40,000 bases of DNA from Methanogenium cariaci JCM 10550 (lineage in GTDB: Archaea; Halobacteriota; Methanomicrobia; Methanomicrobiales; Methanomicrobiaceae). Of the stretch, positions 21,697 through 31,600 are shown piece by piece; within the stretch, counting starts at the first letter, position 1, and every line of letters starts with the position of its first letter. The stretch spans positions 76,468 through 116,467 of the forward strand of contig NZ_BBBG01000003.1 in NCBI RefSeq assembly GCF_001315945.1. Direction: 5' to 3'. Under the pieces are notes generated by a model. That model saw only the letters and a program-made list of their open reading frames with translations, did not search any database and was not told the DNA's origin. Made by a program: the position numbers and the translations under genes.

Positions 21697-22191
21697 ATGT
21701 CACACTTTTACATGAAAGAAGAATCAATTGAAATTACACGAAACCACATTGATATAATAAATTCAGTGATTGAAAATTCCATCCAATACGAAGATCTAAT
21801 GGATAATAAACGAAGACTTGGTATTACGGGAGAAGTTGGTGAGATCGGAGCTTGTTTCAAATATAACTTAAGATTGGCAAAAAATTCTCAATCTGCTGGC
21901 TATGACGCTATTGATAGTGAAGGAAAAAAGGTTCAAATTAAAACACGAAGAATTGTTTTAGGCCGGAAATCAATAGAATCAAAAAGGCTCTCTTCGTTCT
22001 CTGAACATAAATTTGACTATTGCCTTTTAGTTCTCCTTGATGAGAAATATGATATTTATGAAACGTGGAAAGCCGAGTCATCAGCCATAATGGCTGTTGC
22101 TCGTGATCATAAAAAATGTCAACCATCTATACGTGAATTTAAAAATGAGGGCGAGAAGATTTTCGATAGAAAAACTATGGAAATCTCATGA
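21697..22191 (+). CDS. Small PD-(D/E)xK-type (restriction-endonuclease-fold) protein, DUF6998-like (cargo)
   Basis: 164-aa ORF: GITGEVGEIGACFKYNL...SAGYDAIDSEGKKVQIKTRR, giving an E...D...QxK arrangement. Confidence 0.5.
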   Translation: MSHFYMKEESIEITRNHIDIINSVIENSIQYEDLMDNKRRLGITGEVGEIGACFKYNLRLAKNSQSAGYDAIDSEGKKVQIKTRRIVLGRKSIESKRLSSFSEHKFDYCLLVLLDEKYDIYETWKAESSAIMAVARDHKKCQPSIREFKNEGEKIFDRKTMEIS

Positions 22192-22315
22192 TCTAAAAAG
22201 GGGGGGATAATCGTTGAAGATCAAATTATCATCAGCCTTTTAACAGCAGGAGTCTTCAAATTCAAATCCCCCTTTCTCCCGAATCCTCTGCTTCATCCTC
22301 TGGAACGTCTTTCTA

Positions 22316-24864
22316 TCAACCCCCACACTCTTCAGCTACCTTCTGAGACATGGCAATAATCTTCTTCATGATCTCAGCCTTATCGATAAACTTCTGAGCC
22401 TTCCGAACTTCCAGTGCCTGTTCATCAATGTTGTTCGCTTCCTTCCCTATGTGAGCCACATCATCAGCCACAATATGTCTCCTTTCAAGCAAACCAACAT
22501 CCCCCCCATCAAACTTGTGTTCCGGGTGATTGGCATAATCAAGAATGGTCTGGCAAAGTGCTCTGAAGTAGTGCGAACCCCCCCGCTTGATTTTTCCGGT
22601 CTGATAATCGATGAACTCCCTGTGAACAATTGACTGTGGGTCTTTGGAGAACGGACATAGCGGTTTAACAGGAACACCATTCTCATCCTTCGTTTTAAAG
22701 CCGACAAGATAGAAATTGAACGGCTTAATCTGATCATCCCATGCTTTCCCTTCATTAAAACTATCAAACCTCTTCCATACATGAGAGGTGCTGACCGAAA
22801 GACGGGAGACCGCATAAAATTTTGAATACTTCTCATAGATCTCCATCGCTGAAACAAACCCATAGTGCATACTCAGGATGTCCTGCCAGACTTCAGCCTG
22901 CCAGTCCTTCACATTATTCGGGAAGGGGGGGTTTGCCAGATGTCCCAGACCATGCAGCTTGTATGACCGTTCACCATCCATGAACCGAATGTCCTTGCCG
23001 TCAAGATAGTAGAGAGCATACCGCTTTGAAGAGATGCCATAGAACCACATGTCCTCCTTTTCAGGCTTGAGCAGAGGTATTTCAATGCTATACGGGTTCA
23101 GTGGCTGGAAGAAGTCAAGGATGGGCTGTGCAAGGTCGGGCGGAACAAAAATACTGTCAGTATCCATGTAGGCATGCTGCCCACCCAGCTCCAGCACCTT
23201 TGCCTCAGCCATTGCGAGAAAGAGACGTGACCCTGCAGTAATCATTACCGCCATAAGAGGGTGGAAATATTTCCCTTCTTTCTCATGCCGGTTCTCTACA
23301 GTCGTGAAAGAATCAATACCATTCACCTCAACAGGACTTTTCTTATCTTCTGGATTGAGTTCAATGAAGATACCATAACTCATCGCATTGACAAGAATCT
23401 TGATGGCCTGTGCCTGGCTTGAGAGGTGAAGATATTCAGGATCATCTTTGGAGATGGTCTTGAGGTTTTGTTTAATCTCCTGTCTCTTTTCAACCAGCAC
23501 CTGAAACAGATTGTCCCTGCGAGGGTCAATATCAACCCCCCCATGAATCCGGGTCTTCTGAAGGCTGGCCTGTTGTCCTACCGGGACAAACCGGATGGCT
23601 TCAATAATGTCAGGCACTTTCCCGGTGAGCAGCACCGAGCCGATGACATCCGGCAGGGCATACCACATATCTTTCGCACTGGAGAGGTAATTGAGTCCGA
23701 CCACATAGGGAGAGTCATCTCCTTTATAGTCCATCCTCGCCGGGAGAATATCATCATCCGGTCGCAGCTTGACAAGAACACAGAAGTCCTTCCAGATATC
23801 AGGGTTCTGTAAGTCTGCAAGGGTGAGAGAAGAAAGGAACGCTTGTATTTCGTCAGTCGCATCCATTGATTCAACACGATCTGCAATGAGATAGGGCCAG
23901 AGACCCAGAATCATGGTAATGGTTGGATACATACTGGTAAAGTCAAGCACCGACACCTTGGTCGGCTGTTTACGTATCCTGCATTCCGTCCTTCCCCCCC
24001 CGTAATACGCTGACATGATATTACCGAGAATAGCATCCGGAAAGTCAGGGTTCTGCTGATGAAATGGTGTGACAACCATCTGTTTGAGGGCATACTTCCC
24101 GATGGATGCTGAGCTGAACACCTTCGTGAGAGGGATACCAATCTGGAAGAGATCCAGTTCCTGTACAAGCCTGCGATAGACTTCATAGGTCGCTTCGACA
24201 TCCCGGATGTTGTATTCAATATATTTCTCCGTCACCCGTCCATGAGAGACATTGGTATATTTCTCATGGCTGATGTTGAGCATCTCACCTGCACGCTGAA
24301 GGGAGACACGTTTTGCCTGAAGCATTACCTCAGCCAGTTTCTGCACGTCCAGAAAATACCCGCCAAAAAATCTTTTTTCATATTTTTCTTAGTCGAGCTG
24401 AACTTCATGCTGTAAGCGCTTCCCAGCTGTTTTACAATAATGGGTGGTTGCATACGGTCTTCAGAAAGGGTGAGGGTGAACCCTCCTTTGTTTCGTCCGC
24501 GTGAGTGAGCTGCCTTGTGAGCAATCCGACTGAGGTCAAACGGGAGGTTGAACCCAATACAGAGGTTTTTAGATCAAAGACTTCTCGGTAGAATACTTCA
24601 TCGATGAACTCTTTCTGGGAGTAAAGCTCAATGGAATTCTGCTCTGCATACCGTTTCAGGGTCTTTCGTTCACGGTTGTCAAGGTGTGCAGCATTATAGA
24701 TCAGGCCGTGATGCTGTAAGATGTCGTCCTGATAGATCTGGAAATACCCGATCTTCAGATTCTGATACAGGTCAATGGTGGTCTCTGTATCAAAGACCAA
24801 GACACGGGAATGCCTGGGCGGGTGGTCGGGATAAAAGGCTGTTTTCCCCCCTTCCCCTTCTCAT
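22316..24864 (-). CDS. polB: Family-B DNA polymerase of the casposon (about 849 aa; N-terminal quarter broken at A/T and G runs)
   Basis: Exo I: VLVFDTETTID. Exo II after correcting the A5 run: LCIGFNLPFDLSRI. Motif A: VLDFTSMYPTI. SAYYGGGRTE (a G8 run where family-B polymerases have YGG). Motif C: HAYMDTDSIF. The ATG at 24864 sits in an ATGA overlap with the HNH stop. Confidence 0.88.
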
Positions 24865-25235
24865 TGAGTTTTCGAGTGTATCCACGGACTGCTAACACTG
24901 GCATTCTGCTGCACCTCATGGGCAAATTCGATAAGTGACTGACCAACATATTTCAGAAGTGCACCAAGGCTCAGGAGCCAGAATGCAACCTGTTCTGCCT
25001 GAAGACCATTGGCAGCGCGGGCTTTCGGAGGAAAACGGTTCTGCTCCATTGTTACCTTTGCGTGACAGTTCTTGCAGAGAGGAACGGTCTTCTCAGATGT
25101 CGCTCTACCATCGACATGGTGCATCTCAAGGAGGGCTGGATTATCTTCTCCACACATTACACAGCATTGCACGGTCTGGCCTGACCGGATCATCTTCTTT
25201 GTTGTATTTTGGTAGGTTTTTTTGTCCATATGCAT
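24861..25235 (-). CDS. HNH endonuclease
   Basis: 124-aa ORF: CCVMCGEDNPALLEMHHVDGRATSEKTVPLCKNCHAKV. Confidence 0.8.
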   Translation of the reverse strand: MHMDKKTYQNTTKKMIRSGQTVQCCVMCGEDNPALLEMHHVDGRATSEKTVPLCKNCHAKVTMEQNRFPPKARAANGLQAEQVAFWLLSLGALLKYVGQSLIEFAHEVQQNASVSSPWIHSKTQ

Positions 25236-25240
25236 CGCTC

Positions 25241-25882
25241 CTATGACTGATAGATCTCGAAAAATTCCGGTTCTTCTTCTGCATCCTTGATCTCATACAG
25301 GCGTTCCAGATCGGTTTCAAACCGGTAGCGGATACCGTTGGCATCAATAACTACCATCTGCTCAAATCGCTTCAGGAGTGCTGGGTTGTTATCCTCAATT
25401 GCAAACCGGACATAGGCATGGTATCGTGCAATCCGTGTTCGGTCTACTGAGTTTGCAACGGGAATCGAAATATGACCCTTCTCACGGTCATAGATCATCA
25501 TCTCAACTTCTATGCGGTCTGTTTTGTTGATGTGCCAGTAACCACGTTCCTTCCGGAGATTCAGGCCAAGATGTTTGACAGCAGTGTCACGTGAAAGACC
25601 CAGCTCTCTGAACTTTGGGGAGAAGTGTTCACCATTCCGCATGGCACGGAGCAGTTCAAGGGAGAGGAGCCGTTCACGCTTCTCTTCAGGAGAGAGATCA
25701 TTCCACGGGTTATTACTCAGGTCATAGTCTCGGACGCGGAGACCCTTCAGCTCTTTCAGGCTCTTGCCGGGAAATCGTTCATGGAACCGGATGATACGCT
25801 TTGCATACCGTGATTCCCGTGGGTGTGCGTTGAGCCACTCGCCATAGGTGCGATACTCCTGAGAGAACCGTTTGCGGCTCAT
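25241..25882 (-). CDS. Hypothetical 213-aa casposon core protein
   Basis: Intact ORF at the core GC level, between the RHH and HNH genes, start in an ATGA overlap with the RHH stop. No motif recognised. Confidence 0.5.
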   Translation of the reverse strand: MSRKRFSQEYRTYGEWLNAHPRESRYAKRIIRFHERFPGKSLKELKGLRVRDYDLSNNPWNDLSPEEKRERLLSLELLRAMRNGEHFSPKFRELGLSRDTAVKHLGLNLRKERGYWHINKTDRIEVEMMIYDREKGHISIPVANSVDRTRIARYHAYVRFAIEDNNPALLKRFEQMVVIDANGIRYRFETDLERLYEIKDAEEEPEFFEIYQS

Positions 25883-26028
25883 CTGTCTGCCTCCAGCATC
25901 CGGATGAACGCCATCCTGAGGACTTCAGCCTGGGAACATCCATAGCGGTCTGCGGTCTCAACGATCTTCGCCTTCAGATACGGCGAAACAGAAATGACCA
26001 GTTTGTTGGTCTTTTCTTTTGGTGTCAT
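25879..26028 (-). CDS. 49-aa ribbon-helix-helix (CopG/Arc-like) protein (not in the ORF track)
   Basis: My translation: MTPKEKTNKLVISVSPYLKAKIVETADRYGCSQAEVLRMAFIRMLEADR*. It shows a beta-strand then two helices, the typical RHH pattern. Confidence 0.6.
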   Translation of the reverse strand: MTPKEKTNKLVISVSPYLKAKIVETADRYGCSQAEVLRMAFIRMLEADR

Positions 26029-26050
26029 AGAGTCATGAAGGAGAGCAGAC

Positions 26051-26150
26051 ACTATCGTTAGTAATGATAGCTAATATGATAGCATATATTATATCATATA
26101 AAGATAATAGTGAATGTTGATAGTCAAATGTCAGATGCTAAAAGTGATAG
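26051..26150. promoter_or_regulatory. Divergent promoter/operator region with iterated TGATAG motifs and an AT palindrome
   Basis: ACTATC at 26051-56 (inverted). TGATAG at 26065-70, 26077-82, 26118-23 and 26145-50. ATAATAG at 26104-10. TATA-like ATATATTATATCATATA at about 26084-26100. Confidence 0.45.
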
Positions 26151-27029
26151 TGCAATAATCCAGTATCTCTCCACTCATCCCCCCCAACAAGAACCTCCAA
26201 ACTTGTGAGAGAGATCGTGGAAAATCACAAAGGTGAAAGGGGATTTAGTGAACCAAGCCTGTACAGGTCAATTGAATATTTGGACAAAGCAGGCATGATT
26301 GCAAAAATTCAAAATCCAGACCTTATCGCCTATGGAATCAAAGAATCCAATAATAGAGCCGTCTATCTCACGCTGAAGCCCTTTGCAGAACGAAAAGAAC
26401 ATCTTGACACATTATTTGGCCTGCTTTCCAAAGGTGACACAGCAGATATCAGGATGGTTCTCGATGAAATCCGACTTTACCGTGACAAATACATTCTCAC
26501 ACCAAAACAGTTAGACTCGATTGTCAACCTGCTGACCAAAGACGCTGATATTGCCAAAGCAGCTACCGAAATTCTCTATGATTATTTCATAATACGGGAA
26601 ATTCCACCTTTTGAGAAAGACCGGTTTAGGGTTCTGCTGCGTGCAAGCCTTACACAGTTTGACATTCGTGTGCCGCAAAATTCACAGATGCGTAATCAAC
26701 ATATCCGCATGCTCGGAAAGTTGAGGGATGAAGGGGGGGTGGTATCCCAACTCATTGAGGATGCCCGAAACGCAGATGACTTTGAATCTCTGAAGAACGA
26801 TTATCTGACAAATTTCACTGCCTTTATCATTGAATCACACCGCACGGAACTCTTCAATCTGGAACGCGAACTGCGAAAGGGAGACCGGGTGAAAGAGGCC
26901 GATACTCTTGCAGAGATACGTAAGTATGCAACGGAACATGAGAGTGACCCGCTTGATGCAACCGACCCGATGGAAGGCATCATAGGTGCGCCTGAACTGA
27001 AAGGACTGCTCAAGGGGATGAGGTCATGA
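26128..27029 (+). CDS. Winged-HTH DNA-binding protein upstream of cas1 (N-terminus restored across the C7 run 26179-26185)
   Basis: From ATG 26128: MSDAKSDSAIIQYLSTHP. With a C5 run it joins in frame to TRTSKLVREIVENHKGERGFSEPSLYRSIEYLDKAGMIAKI (wHTH). The stop overlaps the cas1 start. Confidence 0.65.
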
Positions 27030-28252
27030 AGTTCCTGCTTCTCAACGGGCATGGGATCAGCATGAAAGTTGACCGTGCACACCTCCATATCACGGACGGA
27101 CGGTTCTCTACCGAAGAGGAGCCTGCGAAGTATGTCTTCCATCCACAACGTATTGACATCGATTCCATTGTGATCTACGGGAGGAGTGGCAACCTCAGTC
27201 TTGAAGCCATTCGCTGGCTTGTCAAACACAATGTGCAGGTGTCTGTTCTCGATTGGGATGGAACCATGCTCACCACCATGCTCCCTCCGGAGAGCGTGCA
27301 GGTGAAAACGAAGTTTGCACAATACCGGGCATTTGACGATAAGAAGTTGAGACTGAAACTCGCAAAGAAGTTTATTGAATCCAAGTTTGACCGCTCCCAG
27401 ATCGTCCTTGACTATCTGCACCAGCGCTATCCGGATGTTGACCCTGAGATTCCCTATGAACCAAAGAATCTGAAAGACGCAAAGTTGATCCGTGAAGTGA
27501 TGGGAGTTGAGGGAGCTGTTGCCCAGCACTACTGGAAGCAGTTTGCCAAAGTCATCCCTGAAGAGTATGAGTTTGAGAGCCGGACGGGACGTTACCACAC
27601 ACGGCCATCAGGTGCAGGGGGGGATCAGGTCAATTGTATGCTGAATTATGGGTATGCCCTTCTCGAAGCCGAGTGTTTGCGGGTCATCAACAGTGTTGGT
27701 CTTGATGCACATGTAGGATTCCTTCATGAGATGCAATCCGGCAAGAACAGTCTGGCCTATGACATGCAGGAGTTGTTCCGGTTTCTTGTTGACCTAGCAG
27801 TTGTCAACCTCGTTGAGCGCGAAGCGATGACCGCGAAGGATTTTGTCAGGACTGAGAGCTATGCACTGAGGTTACGGCCCACAGGTGCACGCAAGATGAC
27901 GGAAGAGGTGAACGCATGGTTCAACAAGACGGTTGAGTATCAGGGCAAAGAGCTGATGTGGAGTTATGTGATGGTGCTGAAGGGCAGGGAGCTGGCGCAC
28001 TATCTGACTGGGAAGAAACAGTCGTTGTGTTTCATGAAACCGGAGTATCAGGTTGACAGGGTTGATACGGATGACGTCCGTAGGAAGATACTCAGTATAT
28101 CATATGCTGACTGGAAGAAACTGGGTTTCTCAAAAGGTTCATTGCACTATATGAAAAAGAACGCAGAGTCTGAGAAGCCGTTTTCCCTCAATCAACACGT
28201 TGTTGAACGGTTGATGCAATGGGATCAACTGAAAGAGACGCTTACGGTCTGA
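27026..28252 (+). CDS. cas1: Cas1 homologue (casposase) with a C-terminal HTH
   Basis: Intact 408-aa ORF: MGVEGAVAQHYW (catalytic Glu), NCMLNYGYALLEAE, GLDAHVGFLHEMQSGKNSLAYDMQELFR (His and acidic residues). C-terminus: ISYADWKKLGFSKGSLHYMKKN. Confidence 0.9.
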   Translation: MKFLLLNGHGISMKVDRAHLHITDGRFSTEEEPAKYVFHPQRIDIDSIVIYGRSGNLSLEAIRWLVKHNVQVSVLDWDGTMLTTMLPPESVQVKTKFAQYRAFDDKKLRLKLAKKFIESKFDRSQIVLDYLHQRYPDVDPEIPYEPKNLKDAKLIREVMGVEGAVAQHYWKQFAKVIPEEYEFESRTGRYHTRPSGAGGDQVNCMLNYGYALLEAECLRVINSVGLDAHVGFLHEMQSGKNSLAYDMQELFRFLVDLAVVNLVEREAMTAKDFVRTESYALRLRPTGARKMTEEVNAWFNKTVEYQGKELMWSYVMVLKGRELAHYLTGKKQSLCFMKPEYQVDRVDTDDVRRKILSISYADWKKLGFSKGSLHYMKKNAESEKPFSLNQHVVERLMQWDQLKETLTV

Positions 28253-28276
28253 TATTTATTTCAACTTTCTTTTCTG

Positions 28277-28350
28277 TTGAGGCAATTCAACGTCCATTGA
28301 TAGTTGATGTTGAAGTATTGTTGATAATTATTGAGAATTAGCGATGTTGA
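28277..28350. repeat. Cluster of eight TTGA(T/A) motifs downstream of cas1
   Basis: TTGA at 28277, 28297, 28304, 28310, 28321, 28331 and 28347. The cluster includes TTGATAG at 28297-28303, identical to the operator-like motif at 26117-26123. Confidence 0.35.
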
Positions 28351-28619
28351 TTCCACGAGGATGAGGAAAGATGTCAATTGAGTTTAATCTGTTTTCAAAT
28401 CACTTTATTTCAAGTTTAAGAAATTAGTATGGGAGAAACGAGTATCATTCAAAGGTTGTTATGCTCGCCGGGTTCAGTGTAAGGTAAGAATCAGTGAGGT
28501 ATTAGCTAAACGGCCCTCCCAATATCTTATTAAACCACTATATTTGAAATTTTTTAAAATTCATGGATTATATTATTTAATAAAACTTAAACACAATCAC
28601 ATCGTTACGTCGTATATAT

Positions 28620-31600
28620 ATGTCCATAGAATGGGATCGATTAAGATCCTTTGACGGATCTGTCCAACATGCTTTTGAAGAGCTATGTGCTCAATTAGTT
28701 TCAAATGAAAAGTTTCCTTCAGATTCAACGTTTGTTCGTAATGGATTGCCCGATGGAGGTGTTGAATTTTATTGGACATTACCGGATGGAAAAGAATACG
28801 GTTGGCAGGTCAAGTATTTTACTAATTTAAATGATAGTCATCGTTTTTCTCAAATAGACCGTTCTGTCAAAGATTCCATTAGAAATCATCCAAATTTGAT
28901 TAGTTATACAGTCTGCCTAGCAATGGACTTGCCTGATGCAAAAGTTAAAAACAAGAAATCGGCTAAAGAAAAATGGGATGGATATGTAATAAAATGGAAT
29001 AAAATAGCACAGGAAAATGGAAAGTCCATTGAATTTCGATATTGGGGTGATCATCAAATCTGGAAACGATTGAGTGCTGAAGAAAACCGAGGTAGACATT
29101 ATTTTTGGTTCAATAAAGATTTTTTTAGCAATGAATGGTATAAAAAAAGCATTGAAGTATCTCGTGCTAACGTTGGCCCTCGATATTCAAGTGAATATAA
29201 TGTGGATTTACCAATTATAAAATACTTTAATGGGTTAGGACGGACGAATGATTTTTTTAAAGAATTCACGCCTTTATTCAATAATATCCAACGCGCATAT
29301 AATTATTTGGATCTCAAAAAAATTGAGGAAATAATTGGGACATCTGAGCCGGTTATTGATCAAGACATTGAAGAATTAGAAAGAATTCATGGCAAGATTT
29401 TAAAACACCAACTTGGTTTTATTGATTTTAATTCAATTAATGTATTATGTTCGACAATCCAGGTCATATTAACAGATTGGAATAATAATATAAAACAAAA
29501 AATTAGAGATGAAAAACGGGATTGGATTGAACAAAATCGAGATAAGGATAAACTCTATTCTCACCTTCAAAATTATGAAGATCCTTATAGCAAACTGTTA
29601 CAATTAAATCAGGAATTATCAAATCTAAAAGAATTTGCATTAGGTAACGCTGGTAGATCCGCGAATATCCCATTATTGTTAATTACTGGTAATGCAGGAA
29701 ATGGTAAGACCCATCTCCTTTGCGATGTTGCGGTGAGAAGGATCGGAACAGATTTACCAACAATCCTCTTATTAGGAAGTCATTTTAGAGATGATGAACC
29801 TTGGAATCAGATTATAAAGCATCTTGGTTTAAATTGTAATCGTGATGAATTTTTAGGAGCACTAAATACAACAGCCGAGATTGCCAAATCAAAATGTCTA
29901 ATCTTCATTGATGCACTGAATGAAGGTGATGGGAAAAAACTATGGAGAAAGTATTTAGCGGGGATGATCGAAACTCTCAAAAATTACCCCCCCGTTTGGG
30001 AATTGTTTTAAGTGTACGAAGTTCTTACAAAAATATCATAATCCCTGAAGGATTTGATTCAAATAATTATGTTGAAATAATTCATGAGGGATTTTCAGGT
30101 CATGAATTTGAAGCAAGTAAAATTTTTTTTGATCACTATAATATTGAGAGACCCACAATACCAATCCTAAATCCCGAATTTAAAAATCCATTATTTTTAA
30201 AAACTTTCTGTGAAGCCATTCAAAATCACGGTGAGACAAAAATACCAGAAGGAATCCAAGGGATTTCTAAAGTTTTTAACTACTATATTGACTCTATCGA
30301 TGAAAAATTATCAAGAGAAGAATATTTGGATTTTGATCCAAAATCGAAAATTGTCCAGAAAGCAATGGAAGAGATTGCATCACATATGGCAGAAAACGGA
30401 AATCCTTGGCTATTATACGAAGATGCTAAAAATATTGTTGACAATATTCTTGGGAATAAAAAACATTCTCAATCCCTTTTCCGACATTTGGTTTCCGAAG
30501 GAATACTATCTGAGGATGTGATTTGGGATAAAGATGATAATTATAATGAGGTTATTCGTTTTTCCTACGAACGTTTCTCTGATTATTTAATAACCGAAAG
30601 TTTGTTTAAATTACATTTTGAATCTGGTGAAATTTGTGATCTATTCAAAAATGGAAAACCTCTGTTTCAACTCATCAAAGATGAACCAACCTGTTGGCAG
30701 AATCAGGGACTAATTGAAGCGCTATCTATTCAAATTCCGGAACGTTACGGACAAGAGTTATCAGATGTCGCACCACATTGTGCTAACTTTCAATCGGTAC
30801 GAGAAGCATTCATAAATAGTATTATTTGGAGACATCCCACTGCGTTCTCTAAGTCTACATTGACATACATCAATAACTATATTCTTAAAACAAGAAAACC
30901 CCATGACCAAAATTTGGTTTTCAATTTGTTAGATGCATTCTTACAAATCTCCTCTAATCCAAATCATCCGTATAATGCAGATCAACTTCATAAATGGCTT
31001 TTTAATTTAAAACTTGGAGTCAGAGACAGTTTATGGACAGTCTATCTCTCTCGTCGATACAACGATGAAACATCAATTGATTCTTTAATTGAATGGGCTT
31101 GGTTCAGTGATGTTAAAGAAACTATAGATGATGAATCAAGAAGGTTATACGGAATTACTCTTGCTTGGTTCTTGACATCATCTCATAGATATCTACGAGA
31201 TCGAACAACCAAGGCTCTCATTTCACTTTTCTCAAACCACTTAGATCTCTTTCATAAGATCCTTGAAGATTTTATCGAAGTAGATGACCCATATGTATTG
31301 GAACGCCTTTTTGCAGTTGCATATGGTTGCGCAATGAGAGGTAATGATACGGAAAACATTGCAATACTGGCAAAAGATGTATTTACTTGGATCTTCGAAG
31401 ATGGGTGTCCGCCACCCAATATACTTCTACGCGATTATGCACGAGGTTTAATCGAATGCTCTCTCCAAAAAAACGGAGATATGAATATTAATGTTGAAAA
31501 AATTCAACCCCCCCCATATACAAGTGCGTGTGAAGACTTTATTCCTGATATAAATGAATTGAAAAAAGATGAAATTAGAATAAAAAAATTATGTGAAAAT

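Noticed and set aside
22199-22215. G7 runs at 22199-22205 and 36426-36432, at the cargo/core boundaries of both elements, as possible inner (older) TIRs. GGGGGGGTTCTAATATAAC resembles GGGTTATAGTTAG.
   Set aside because: The similarity is short and weak for the 22199 copy. I found no matching inverted partner near 28253-28620. G-run lengths are unreliable here.
26801-27598. 265-aa minus-strand ORF overlapping the wHTH/cas1 junction.
   Set aside because: It is antisense to two well-supported genes, and its translation is low complexity with no motifs.
27026-28252. Cas1 as part of a CRISPR adaptation module.
   Set aside because: There is no cas2, no other cas genes and no repeat-spacer array anywhere in the 40 kb. 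The gene sits with PolB and HNH between TIRs, which is casposase context.
28597-29281. Short AT-rich ORFs on the opposite strand of the cargo and Wadjet genes. Examples: 28597..28779, 28917..29099, 29099..29281, 32057..32686, 36714..36896, 37875..38063.
   Set aside because: Such ORFs are expected by chance in AT-rich coding DNA. All are antisense to, or overlap, better-supported long genes.
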